From IMG/VR virus record IMGVR_UViG_3300042922_000286, positions 64,001 through 124,689 of that record: a stretch of 60,689 nucleotides of DNA, one strand, 5' to 3'. This DNA is from a virus. Lineage: Duplodnaviria; Heunggongvirae; Uroviricota; Caudoviricetes. The position numbers were made by a program, and so were the translations under genes. Positions 34,902-44,021 of this stretch are shown in pieces. The notes under the pieces are model-generated. The model was not told where the DNA came from. It made no database searches and saw only the letters and a list, made by a program, of their open reading frames with translations. Position 1 is the stretch's first letter; every line of letters starts with the position of its first letter.

Positions 34902-36266
34902 ATGTGCCAAGAAAACGAACAACTTGACCTTGCTTCGGACGAAGAAGAGGTGGAGATGGTCGTGTGCGAAAGTTGCGGTGAAGACGTACCTGAAGAAGAC
35001 GCCAACGAGTGCGAGGGTGCTCACTACTGCGATTCCTGCCACGACGAAGTGACCGAAGAATGTGTAGGGTGCGATACTCTTTTCATTCGCGACAACATGC
35101 GTGCAGTGAATAATGACCATTTCTGTACATCCTGTCACGACGCTACCGTTGTTGAGTGCGAACAATGTGGCTGCGAACGTCATGAAAATGAGATGACCGT
35201 GGCAAGTAACGATGCGTATTTCTGCTCCACCTGCGCTAATCGGTGTGTGGTGGAATGTGATCGCTGTCATAACGATTTCCACGTAGATGACGTGCAAACC
35301 GATACTTCGAACAACACTATATGCAATACATGCTTTGAAAGGCACTGCTATCGTCGGTGCGCGGACTGCAATACCATATTACGTCCCCTCGATCAGAATT
35401 ATAGGGAACATACCGATGCCCACTACTGCGATGAATGTGACCCGGGCGAGCCCGCCATTATTTTGGATTACAGTCACAAGCCTTCACCTATCTTCCATAC
35501 CTTCGAGAACGACAGCGACCATGATCTGTTCCTTGGTGTGGAGATCGAAATGGACGGGGCAGGGTGCAACGTAGAGAACGCGGAGAAGCTTTACGAGATT
35601 GCTAACAAGCGCCAAGGCGAACACGATCACATCTACATCAAGCAAGACGGGTCGATTTGCCACGGATTCGAGGTAGTCTCCCATCCTTGCACTCTTCAAT
35701 ATCATATGGAGTGTTTCGCTTGGAAGGATGTACTGCGCGAGGCGGTTCAGATGGGGTACCGTTCCCATCAAGTTGATACTTGTGGTCTGCACGTCCACGT
35801 ATCACGCCAATTCTTCGGCAGTCCTGATGACGGTACGCAAGACTTGAATGTTATGAAGTTCTTATATTTCATCGAGAAGTTTTGGGAACAAATCAAGAAG
35901 TTTTCCCGCCGCACCAACGATCAAATAAGTTCTTGGGCCAATCGTTACGGGTTACGTGACGGTGAAACACCAGAGCAGCTACTCAACAAAGCGAAGAACG
36001 ATCGGGCGCGATACCGGGCAGTTAACCTCACGGTATCCAAGACTGTTGAAGTTCGCATCTTCCGCGGCACATTGAAGTACAACACCTTCATAGCAACCAT
36101 TCAATTTGTTGCCCTGCTTGCTAGATTTAGTAAGCAATGCGCGGTTGATGACGTTATGGCGGTCACATGGGAACAGTTGGTTGCCGCGGGTTCGGAGTTC
36201 ACTGAGCTTCAAACATACCTGCAAGAGCGCGGATTAGGAGGGTTGGCAAATGGCAACGAGGGTTAA
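34902..36266 (+). CDS. Amidoligase with five tandem paired-CxxC repeats, paralog 2
   Basis: SD AGGAGG before ATG 34902; ten CxxC; LGVEIEMD, DGSICHGFEVVSHP, CGLHVHVS, RYRAVNL, VEVRIFRGTL. Confidence 0.82.
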   Translation: MCQENEQLDLASDEEEVEMVVCESCGEDVPEEDANECEGAHYCDSCHDEVTEECVGCDTLFIRDNMRAVNNDHFCTSCHDATVVECEQCGCERHENEMTVASNDAYFCSTCANRCVVECDRCHNDFHVDDVQTDTSNNTICNTCFERHCYRRCADCNTILRPLDQNYREHTDAHYCDECDPGEPAIILDYSHKPSPIFHTFENDSDHDLFLGVEIEMDGAGCNVENAEKLYEIANKRQGEHDHIYIKQDGSICHGFEVVSHPCTLQYHMECFAWKDVLREAVQMGYRSHQVDTCGLHVHVSRQFFGSPDDGTQDLNVMKFLYFIEKFWEQIKKFSRRTNDQISSWANRYGLRDGETPEQLLNKAKNDRARYRAVNLTVSKTVEVRIFRGTLKYNTFIATIQFVALLARFSKQCAVDDVMAVTWEQLVAAGSEFTELQTYLQERGLGGLANGNEG

Positions 36267-36621
36267 CATGAGGAACGTAATTATTGACAATATCCTATGT
36301 CTTAACAAGTGGAAAGTCGTTGACGATTATTGGTTCCGAACGGAGGATAAGTCACTCATTCAGTCTGTTGCTGGCAGAATGCACGAAACGGACTTCACAA
36401 TATGCAAAGGTACTGTATTCCACGCTCGCAAGAACTTCAAAATCTCTTTACCAGACTATTACTATGATCGGGGAGAGGAAGCCCTACTGCTAGGCGATGT
36501 TGCGCGGGTGTCTCTAAAGAACGTCTGTCAAGCAAGGGTGTTTGTAACACAAAGTGAATGGGTCATGTTTAACCTGTACTTCGGTAATAACGTGTCGGTG
36601 TCAATGATATTCGAACCATAA
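36250..36621 (+). CDS. Hypothetical protein (123 aa)
   Basis: SD GGAGGG. Confidence 0.55.
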   Translation: MATRVNMRNVIIDNILCLNKWKVVDDYWFRTEDKSLIQSVAGRMHETDFTICKGTVFHARKNFKISLPDYYYDRGEEALLLGDVARVSLKNVCQARVFVTQSEWVMFNLYFGNNVSVSMIFEP

Positions 36622-36634
36622 GGAGTGGGTGCGT

Positions 36635-37063
36635 GTGAGCAAGGTTGAAATACTGACGACGCAAGAGACGGAGGAATCGATTTCACTTGGCTGGATCGTT
36701 GAAAACTTGGGTTTTGATATCCAGCCCACAGCTAGGGTTGAGCAATTTAATGGTACAGATATTGTGTATTCTTTACATGCTCCCGATGAGGCCATGGAGG
36801 TGATTTACACGCTTCACGAAATGGCTTTTGAATACGGGGGAGCTGTTACAGGGTTCTTCTTTCACCCACTCAAACGATTCGAATGCGATGTGAATCATAT
36901 TGATTTCTTACAGCATAACACTATCGAATTCATGAGGGATCAAGTAATAGTTTGTCTCAACCTTATGGAAAGTTGCCACTTCTACATAAGTAGTGACGGC
37001 ACTGTACGTGTTGAAGTCAAATATAGGGACTCCCTGTACGTGGTAATGGATTGGCAGGTATAG
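36635..37063 (+). CDS. Hypothetical protein (~142 aa)
   Basis: SD AAGGAG. Confidence 0.55.
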   Translation: MSKVEILTTQETEESISLGWIVENLGFDIQPTARVEQFNGTDIVYSLHAPDEAMEVIYTLHEMAFEYGGAVTGFFFHPLKRFECDVNHIDFLQHNTIEFMRDQVIVCLNLMESCHFYISSDGTVRVEVKYRDSLYVVMDWQV

Positions 37064-37096
37064 TACGTCAAAATTTAATCTTACGAGGTGACTACG

Positions 37097-37453
37097 ATGC
37101 AAGAATTAGCAATCAAATGGCTGGATGCTCAGGTAAGTACCGTAAACGCAACTATATCCCAACTTGGGCAGTACAAGGAGCGCAATGGCCTGAGCAAGAT
37201 CAGTAATCTTCCTATTACAAACATTTTGATGTTCCCGCGCACCCGCACCGAACGCCGCTTTATTGTGCCTTTCATGGAGAAGGAAGATGGGACACCTTAC
37301 TATCTGACGCCGCAGGAGGCGCAGGACTTCGTGGAAATTGTCCTTTCCAAGCTGAATGAGACTTACACGACGCAAGGTGAGTTTTCGATTCGACGTAATC
37401 AGGAGTTCGCTATTTTTATCAAATTTACGGAGCGCCCCCATGGAGGTGACTAA
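37097..37453 (+). CDS. Hypothetical protein (118 aa)
   Basis: SD GAGGTG. Confidence 0.55.
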   Translation: MQELAIKWLDAQVSTVNATISQLGQYKERNGLSKISNLPITNILMFPRTRTERRFIVPFMEKEDGTPYYLTPQEAQDFVEIVLSKLNETYTTQGEFSIRRNQEFAIFIKFTERPHGGD

Positions 37454-37456
37454 GGT

Positions 37457-38071
37457 ATGTCAATAGTACCCGGTTTAAGAGTTCGAGTCCGCACCGATCT
37501 TCGTTATGGGGAAACCAACCATGAGGGGGTCCCTTATGGGGTGAATGTCGCGGACGAAATGATTACCGATTTTGCGGGCAGGTACGTTACTGTTGTATCG
37601 CGGCTGGAGAGGGAATCACAGGGTCAGCAGTTATTTCGCATCAAAGAAGACCGTGGTGTATATACGTGGTCAACGCTCATGGTCGATGACGGTACTGCCC
37701 CTCCCGCCTTAATAATAAGTGAACCGCCAAGAGTCAGTCCTGACTTTCTTGAGAAAGTGTACAGGGACACGAATGTTGTACCTATACAACAGGCATATTT
37801 TGATGAAGTAGGCGGACGTCAAGGGGCTGACGGTCTGTCAGCAATCATGCTTGCGTTCGGGTTCACTAAAGACGACAGGCATGAAACATTTACAAAAATG
37901 TTCTGGACTCAGAATTATATTGAAGGCTTTATTAGTGGTTGGGATTCCCCGCCGCCAAGCGAAGAAGAAGCCGAAGAACGTATGGAGGGAAGAACGCCTG
38001 ACTACAAATCAGGGTATTACGATGCATGGAAGTCCATCGAGCACCTGAGACAGGTCGGGCTTCTCCAATAG
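37457..38071 (+). CDS. Hypothetical protein, tandem paralog A (SH3/KOW-like N-terminal domain)
   Basis: Shares LRYGE, FAGR, RIxxDRGxYxW, PDF and GF.xG.D features with the next two genes. Confidence 0.65.
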   Translation: MSIVPGLRVRVRTDLRYGETNHEGVPYGVNVADEMITDFAGRYVTVVSRLERESQGQQLFRIKEDRGVYTWSTLMVDDGTAPPALIISEPPRVSPDFLEKVYRDTNVVPIQQAYFDEVGGRQGADGLSAIMLAFGFTKDDRHETFTKMFWTQNYIEGFISGWDSPPPSEEEAEERMEGRTPDYKSGYYDAWKSIEHLRQVGLLQ

Positions 38072-38083
38072 GGGTGATTTACA

Positions 38084-38731
38084 ATGAGGTCTGAAATGAA
38101 ACATATGCCTATCAATCCTATCTTTCAGGTAGGGGATGTTGCGGTAATGTCCTCCAAGCTGCGGTATGGTGAGATGTATGGCGAAGTGATCTGTACGACT
38201 AGCTTATTTACCCGATTCGCGGGTAGAGAGATAAGAATTAAAGAAGTAAGGAAAGGGATGTTTGACGAATTTGTGTATTATGTAGCCAAGCTACCTCCCG
38301 CCGCTGTAGGCGATGTAGTGCGAGAAGCCCTTATTGCAGAATCAATGCTTTTAGGTACACGTAAGAAGGTTTTTCAGAACAGAATAGAACCTGATTTCGT
38401 TATTAAATGCTACGAGCAGTTAGGTTTATATAGCGTTTGTTCTGGTCAATTCTTCAGTTCAGCCGGGGCTGCTGATCCGTTGGGTGCCATCTACTTAGCT
38501 TTTGGCGGCGAAGATCGGAATGCCGAGTCTGTGAAGTCAACTCTCGTTAAGCTGTACGATAAGGACTACCTGCGCGGATTTACTGTCGGATTCGACAGAC
38601 GTGGGTCTAATTACGCACCGACTGGGTACTATTGGGACGGTCACAGTGATGGCTCTGCTGTTCGTTACGCTATTGAATCATGGGCCGCTAGAAGGGCACC
38701 GCGTCCGCGCGTACTAGGTCAAGGAGGGTAG
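38084..38731 (+). CDS. Hypothetical protein, tandem paralog B
   Basis: VGDVAV, LRYGE, FAGR, EPDFVIKCY, LGAIYLAFG, YLRGFTVGFD. Confidence 0.65.
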   Translation: MRSEMKHMPINPIFQVGDVAVMSSKLRYGEMYGEVICTTSLFTRFAGREIRIKEVRKGMFDEFVYYVAKLPPAAVGDVVREALIAESMLLGTRKKVFQNRIEPDFVIKCYEQLGLYSVCSGQFFSSAGAADPLGAIYLAFGGEDRNAESVKSTLVKLYDKDYLRGFTVGFDRRGSNYAPTGYYWDGHSDGSAVRYAIESWAARRAPRPRVLGQGG

Positions 38732-38737
38732 AGGGCA

Positions 38738-39355
38738 ATGTACAATATAGGCGACTGTGTGGTAATCGACCTTAACTTAGGAGTACAACAGAGGTCGGAG
38801 ATTCGTCAATACAATCACTTCTATGATTCAGATATGCAGCTTTACCGTGGGTTAACGGCGACCATTCAAGACAGAATGGTGCTGCCAAACAATACTTACT
38901 ACCGGATTGATGTTGACCGTGGGGAGTACAAATGGACGGCAGAGAGCTTTACCCCCGCCCGCTTGCAGCACCCGCCTGTCGCGCACAGTACTCTTCGACT
39001 TACTATTGATGAGGTCGTCTTGTACATCGAGCGCACAGGTCTTGTTCCTGTGATTACTTATGATCCTTATGTTTTTATAGACAATGATAAAGTAGGAGCA
39101 AACCTTGTGGGACTGGTTGATTGCGCGGCCATGGGCGGTGACCCTCATCGTTTTTTCCAAGAGCACTATGACCCGAGGCGAAGTTTGCATCTTTTCTATT
39201 CTTCCTACTACGTTATTGGCTTAAACGAAGGATTTCAGGAAGACAGAGGAACCTACCGGGGCAACGAGGAAAGGAATTTAGGAAGGCAAGACGGTTCTGC
39301 CATACGGCGGCACCTTATCAATACAAACCTTATGGAAAGAAGGGATTGGTTCTAA
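38738..39355 (+). CDS. Hypothetical protein, tandem paralog C
   Basis: IGDCVVI, YRIDVDRGEYKW, GRQDGSAIR. Confidence 0.65.
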   Translation: MYNIGDCVVIDLNLGVQQRSEIRQYNHFYDSDMQLYRGLTATIQDRMVLPNNTYYRIDVDRGEYKWTAESFTPARLQHPPVAHSTLRLTIDEVVLYIERTGLVPVITYDPYVFIDNDKVGANLVGLVDCAAMGGDPHRFFQEHYDPRRSLHLFYSSYYVIGLNEGFQEDRGTYRGNEERNLGRQDGSAIRRHLINTNLMERRDWF

Positions 39356-39627
39356 TGCCTAGAGAAATTCGTAATGAGATCAAGCGTGACATGGCCAACA
39401 AGCTCCTGATGCGCGTAATGAACAACTTGGATTCCATCCTTAATTCCGACATTGCGGCCAAGTCTGAGTATCAAGGCATCAATGATTATGGCCTGATGAA
39501 GGCAGCATTCGCGGTTACAGTACGTGAACCTGACTTCATGCCGCGACACAGCGCTACACAGCAGTTTGTTGACGAGTTGTTGGCCACTAGAACTGCCGCG
39601 GAACTCGAACATGCAGTGGAGGAATAA
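39355..39627 (+). CDS. Hypothetical protein (90 aa)
   Basis: Start overlaps the upstream stop. Confidence 0.55.
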   Translation: MPREIRNEIKRDMANKLLMRVMNNLDSILNSDIAAKSEYQGINDYGLMKAAFAVTVREPDFMPRHSATQQFVDELLATRTAAELEHAVEE

Positions 39628-39683
39628 CACCAAACCAAGCCTGTCGCCCTTGCGGCGGGCTTGGTAACCAATGGAGGTAGGTT

Positions 39684-40670
39684 ATGAAAGTCACGATCAC
39701 CAAGACCGAACTGAACAAGTGGCAACTCAGCACATATAAGACAGTGAAGGTGGTTGACGCGGTTTTTGTAACAGGGGCTTGGCTCACCGAGATTCGCAAT
39801 AAGGTAGTAAAATGGATCGTCCCCGACCATACCCATGTTAACGAAATCAATGGTGCCTGCGCTTTGCCCGCCATCGAGCAGCTAGACACTCATTTCGATG
39901 GGGACGTATTAAATTCTGAGATCGCAGGTTATCCTGTCCTTTTTACAGAAAACGGTGTATTTACATCAAAAGGAGGCATATCGCAAATGGGCAGCAGCTT
40001 CGAATCAGCTATGGCGGCGAAAGGTATAACTAAGGAAGACTTAACATCAAGAGCCTCCGACGCCCCTGCAATCGCATCTACATCAGTTACACAAGTGGTC
40101 AACGACTCTAAGTCTCTGGTACAATCAAATACAAAGAAGCAAATGCAGTCATTGCAGGAGTTCTATTTCGAGAAGTACGGGGAGCCTAAAAACGATATTG
40201 AGGCTGTCCGACTGCTCGGGACGGCATACAAGGAATTGATCGGCAACCTTTCATCGGACACTCAAGAAGGCATCGCTGAATATTACCGAATTATAGCGAA
40301 CCGGGGTCTGCCTGCTTTTCACTGGATGGTTGAATCTTTTCATGTGGTATCCAAAAAGGCGGGGGACAAGAAGACGTTTAACTATGTGGTTGGTATGCTG
40401 CGGTCATGGTTGAAGAATGGCTTTGGGCACATCCCCTCCACCGAGGAAGACGATGTAGTGCGCTTCATGCAAGAGGTCATTGGCTGCGAACTATCCGTCG
40501 AAGCCCGCCAAGTCGTACAGACCCTCTTAGGATTGTATGGGGCAACGAAAACATCCTTCATGCTCAATGGTTTGAAAGACGTGGACTATTCCTATTTCAT
40601 GGCACTATCGCTGAGAGACTTATTAGCTAATAAGTTCGGTGAGATTAACCCTTTGGCAAAGGCTGAATAA
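39684..40670 (+). CDS. Protein with a DnaD/DnaB_2-like domain
   Basis: TFNYVVGMLRSWLKNG matches the YxxxIxxxW DnaD signature; SD GGAGGT. Confidence 0.55.
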   Translation: MKVTITKTELNKWQLSTYKTVKVVDAVFVTGAWLTEIRNKVVKWIVPDHTHVNEINGACALPAIEQLDTHFDGDVLNSEIAGYPVLFTENGVFTSKGGISQMGSSFESAMAAKGITKEDLTSRASDAPAIASTSVTQVVNDSKSLVQSNTKKQMQSLQEFYFEKYGEPKNDIEAVRLLGTAYKELIGNLSSDTQEGIAEYYRIIANRGLPAFHWMVESFHVVSKKAGDKKTFNYVVGMLRSWLKNGFGHIPSTEEDDVVRFMQEVIGCELSVEARQVVQTLLGLYGATKTSFMLNGLKDVDYSYFMALSLRDLLANKFGEINPLAKAE

Positions 40671-40704
40671 AGTGTTGAGTTTCATTTAGAACGGAGAGAT
40701 AAAA

Positions 40705-41103
40705 ATGGATGACAAACTTATTCAAAAGCTAGAAGGAATGATTGAAGCCGAAAAAGCTGTCGATACTGGTCATCACACATCCTATGACGATCATGGAAAC
40801 TATTATGAGGAAGGGTGGAAACAGGGTAGGCTTGAAGTCCTCCAAGAACTTTTCGATCATTTGAGTTCAGATGTTGTATCTACTGTAAAACAACAACTAC
40901 TGGATGCAGGAATGAAAGAGGATGAATTTAATACACAGACTGCCGACTTGCATGTGCCAGTTACACCTATTTCAGAAAAATGGCTTAAAACGTACAAACA
41001 CAAAGATTATGTTAATTACTATTGGTCTAATGTAGATAGACGCGGGTGGTACAAAATACCATTTGCTAATATGGGCGATTATATAAAAAGTAAGTTTCAA
41101 TAA
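40705..41103 (+). CDS. Hypothetical protein (132 aa)
   Basis: SD GGAGAG. Confidence 0.6.
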   Translation: MDDKLIQKLEGMIEAEKAVDTGHHTSYDDHGNYYEEGWKQGRLEVLQELFDHLSSDVVSTVKQQLLDAGMKEDEFNTQTADLHVPVTPISEKWLKTYKHKDYVNYYWSNVDRRGWYKIPFANMGDYIKSKFQ

Positions 41104-41130
41104 AATATGACATCAATTTAGAGTGGAGGT

Positions 41131-41457
41131 ATGGCAATGGACATAAACGAGTTAGGGAAACTGATGATTGAACATGGTTTAGTGATACGAGCAATACCGC
41201 ATGAAAAAACTGCGATATATGAAGCGTACCACAAAGACAAGTACCCTGACGGCGTTGTGTGCTATATGGAAAGTTTTAAGCGCAACATGCTTAAAGTTAC
41301 TACCAAGAACAGTCAGGGCGGCAAGTTTATTATCGAAAAAGTAAGCAGTCAGGGTTCGATGATAAGATGGGGCAAAGGTACTGTTTTCTATGGCACCATT
41401 GAGGAAGCTGTTGAGTCTATTATCAATAGAAAGGAGCGCGGCCATGAGAATCACTGA
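41131..41457 (+). CDS. Hypothetical protein (108 aa)
   Basis: SD GGAGG. Confidence 0.6.
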   Translation: MAMDINELGKLMIEHGLVIRAIPHEKTAIYEAYHKDKYPDGVVCYMESFKRNMLKVTTKNSQGGKFIIEKVSSQGSMIRWGKGTVFYGTIEEAVESIINRKERGHENH

Positions 41458-41644
41458 GTATACGCAACCGGGAGCTACCCGGTACGAGGTAGTGCTTTTA
41501 TTTTTTGGCAGGGACTCAGTGACCTACCCGTTCCAGCAGCCGCCGTCCGATGAACTGGTCAAGGAATTGGTTAAGAGCCAGTACGCGAAGGGCGCTCAAG
41601 TCGTTAAATACGAAGAAAGCACGAAATACTACAGCGAATATTAG
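41444..41644 (+). CDS. Hypothetical protein (66 aa)
   Basis: SD AAGGAG before ATG 41444. Confidence 0.55.
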   Translation: MRITEYTQPGATRYEVVLLFFGRDSVTYPFQQPPSDELVKELVKSQYAKGAQVVKYEESTKYYSEY

Positions 41645-41658
41645 GAAGGGGTATCCAA

Positions 41659-42072
41659 ATGACCGACATATCAGCAAGAAGGGTTGAGCTTGAACAAAAA
41701 TTAAAAGAAGCTGAACTCGAATACCGAAAGGCTGAGAACGTCAGGAATAACACGAAGCATCAGCTAGAGAGACTGCAAAGGGAGTGCAAGCATGAGAACG
41801 CTGTAATACAGCATGGGTGGCAGGGAGGCGGTATCTATTACTGTAACTGTTCTTGCCCCGATTGTGGCAGAAGGGGTAGCAGGTATATCCCGCAATACCA
41901 CATGCACATGAACAACGAATGGTACAAAAACCCACAGCACCGTATAACCCTAGAACAGGCTGTTGAGATCGGCAGGAAAATAGGCGATAGGTTATTCGAC
42001 AGTCAGTACTGGTGGGGCGAAGTAGAGGATTACGATAAACTCACCAAAGATACAAGCAAAGGGTGGGTATGA
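41659..42072 (+). CDS. Hypothetical protein with a coiled coil and Zn-ribbon
   Basis: CKHE...CNCSCPDCG. Confidence 0.6.
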   Translation: MTDISARRVELEQKLKEAELEYRKAENVRNNTKHQLERLQRECKHENAVIQHGWQGGGIYYCNCSCPDCGRRGSRYIPQYHMHMNNEWYKNPQHRITLEQAVEIGRKIGDRLFDSQYWWGEVEDYDKLTKDTSKGWV

Positions 42073-42578
42073 ATATGAAATTCGCAATCAAAATTCTAGA
42101 ACGCAAGAAGGAAGAGTATGAAACGCTGCTTGATATCATTACCAACCGACTCAACGCGGGCAATAAGGTACTTCGAAATCAATCTGAGGTAAACACGGCT
42201 AAGAAAGCAAAAGCACATTATGAAGAGTGCCTTGCCGAACTCGACGCGGCAATTAAACTATTAGGGGATGACGGTATGAGTTATAGACCAGTAAGTAATG
42301 CTGAACGGGAAAAGAAAATTGCAGAGATACGGGAACGTCTCGAAACTGAATTTTACGTTTTTATCGATAGGGGACAGTACGGTAACGATTACTTGGAACT
42401 ACGAGAAGCGCAGGAGGATGTCTCCTTCCTCCAATCCGAACTCGATCGGCTCCAATCCATACAGCAGGAAAGGGATAAGCTGATCGAGGCTGCAATCAGT
42501 GACATACGTACTCCGATGGCGTATAAAAGGCTTTGCCAAACGCTGAAGGAAATCGGAGCAGGGGAGGATAAATTGTGA
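42069..42578 (+). CDS. Hypothetical coiled-coil protein
   Basis: 4-bp overlaps on both sides. Confidence 0.55.
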   Translation: MNMKFAIKILERKKEEYETLLDIITNRLNAGNKVLRNQSEVNTAKKAKAHYEECLAELDAAIKLLGDDGMSYRPVSNAEREKKIAEIRERLETEFYVFIDRGQYGNDYLELREAQEDVSFLQSELDRLQSIQQERDKLIEAAISDIRTPMAYKRLCQTLKEIGAGEDKL

Positions 42579-43321
42579 AAGTAATCGAATATACTACCCG
42601 CCGCGAGATTCATACGGTACCTATTGTAGGGGACTATGTTGCTTATAAAGAACTAGTATACGTGGATGGTAATAAGACCGCCGAGCGTGAAGGGGTTACA
42701 GCAGCCTTTATTATTGAGGGCATCGCAGGCACAGAAGGTATAACTGCTATTAACACAATTCTTAGCAGTGTCAACAAAGAGATTAAAGGAAGATATGTAC
42801 TTTTCCGACACGGAGCGCGTGAGGTAGTTGCCCGATATCCGTATGGGTGGGAGGAATTATCCAAAGGTATATCCGAGCTTCGTGTTGATAAACCTTATAC
42901 CTATGTTACGGAAAATGGTATGCATGACGTGGAAATGCTCTGTTACTGTAGCTACGACGGCAACCTGTATGACATGGCAAAGGTTGTTCAGCCCCGGGCG
43001 TACCACTTCACCCACATCGACGGTCAGATGAATAATCAATGCTACGATCTTGGAGAGGTCGTCCGTGTTTTAGAGAAACGGGACGACATTATTTGGCATG
43101 ACGGACGCCGCTCTTTTGAGAAGTGGGGCCAAGAAGATTCCAAGATACAGCGTATACCTCTCTACAACGCCGATGAAGATCGGACTCACTGTCTTGATTT
43201 CATCTGGTGTCCGAAGGAAGAAGATTTCGCCAAGGTGCGGGAGGACATAATAAAGGACTCCCTCATTCGCTACGCTGCAATAGCCAAGAAAGTGTTCGGA
43301 CTGACAAAGAAGACTGAATAA
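42575..43321 (+). CDS. Hypothetical protein (248 aa)
   Basis: SD GGGGAGG, GTG start. Confidence 0.6.
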   Translation: MKVIEYTTRREIHTVPIVGDYVAYKELVYVDGNKTAEREGVTAAFIIEGIAGTEGITAINTILSSVNKEIKGRYVLFRHGAREVVARYPYGWEELSKGISELRVDKPYTYVTENGMHDVEMLCYCSYDGNLYDMAKVVQPRAYHFTHIDGQMNNQCYDLGEVVRVLEKRDDIIWHDGRRSFEKWGQEDSKIQRIPLYNADEDRTHCLDFIWCPKEEDFAKVREDIIKDSLIRYAAIAKKVFGLTKKTE

Positions 43322-43333
43322 CGGAGGTTTATT

Positions 43334-43474
43334 ATGACTACGTGGGTAAGAATTGTATTCAAAGATGGCGGCCAGGCTCGAACAGGTATCCGTACTCTGT
43401 CCGATGTTGAAGTGTACTTAAGCAAAATTGGGTTTACGATGCAACAGGTTCGTACAATTCATTTCGAGGGGTGA
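43334..43474 (+). CDS. Hypothetical protein (46 aa; not in the ORF track)
   Basis: SD GGAGG; MTTWVRIVFKDGGQARTGIRTLSDVEVYLSKIGFTMQQVRTIHFEG*. Confidence 0.55.
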   Translation: MTTWVRIVFKDGGQARTGIRTLSDVEVYLSKIGFTMQQVRTIHFEG

Positions 43475-43481
43475 TGTTCTA

Positions 43482-43778
43482 ATGGAAGCTGACAAGCAAA
43501 TTATTAAGGATTTTGAACATAACGGCAAGCGTGTGGAGGTTAAAGTATCCTATAATAGAGGGGATTGGGGCGGCAAGCGCGGGTATTACGTAGGTGTTCA
43601 ACCGTATGAGGTGGAAGAACATCCGGGGTACAAAACTCGCGTAACGATAGGTTTTTCGGGAGTGAAAATATGTCTACTGGAAGTTGCACGGAAGTCCGCG
43701 AAGAGACTGCAAGAAGCCGTGGAAATGGTTAACGATGAAATGATCGAATCCATGCTTGCTCAATGCAAATTCAATTAA
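43482..43778 (+). CDS. Hypothetical protein (98 aa)
   Basis: SD GAGGGGTG before ATG 43482. Confidence 0.6.
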   Translation: MEADKQIIKDFEHNGKRVEVKVSYNRGDWGGKRGYYVGVQPYEVEEHPGYKTRVTIGFSGVKICLLEVARKSAKRLQEAVEMVNDEMIESMLAQCKFN

Positions 43779-43793
43779 GGAGAGTGGGACAAA

Positions 43794-43988
43794 ATGCCGA
43801 AATTTTTAGTAGAGCAGTACGAATTATATGTGACGTCGTACAAAGTGGAAGCTGATACCGAAGAAGAGGCGAAAGAGCTTTTTCTTAAACACGGATCATC
43901 TAACTTTGAGCTATATGTTGAAGAGTACGTGGAACCTGTTCAACATAACGGAAATTCGATTAGAAACGTTGTTAAATTAGGTAAATAG
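43794..43988 (+). CDS. Hypothetical protein (64 aa)
   Basis: SD AAGGAG. Confidence 0.6.
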   Translation: MPKFLVEQYELYVTSYKVEADTEEEAKELFLKHGSSNFELYVEEYVEPVQHNGNSIRNVVKLGK

Positions 43989-44021
43989 CTGCTAGGGCAT
44001 CTAACTTTGGTTGGGTGCCTT

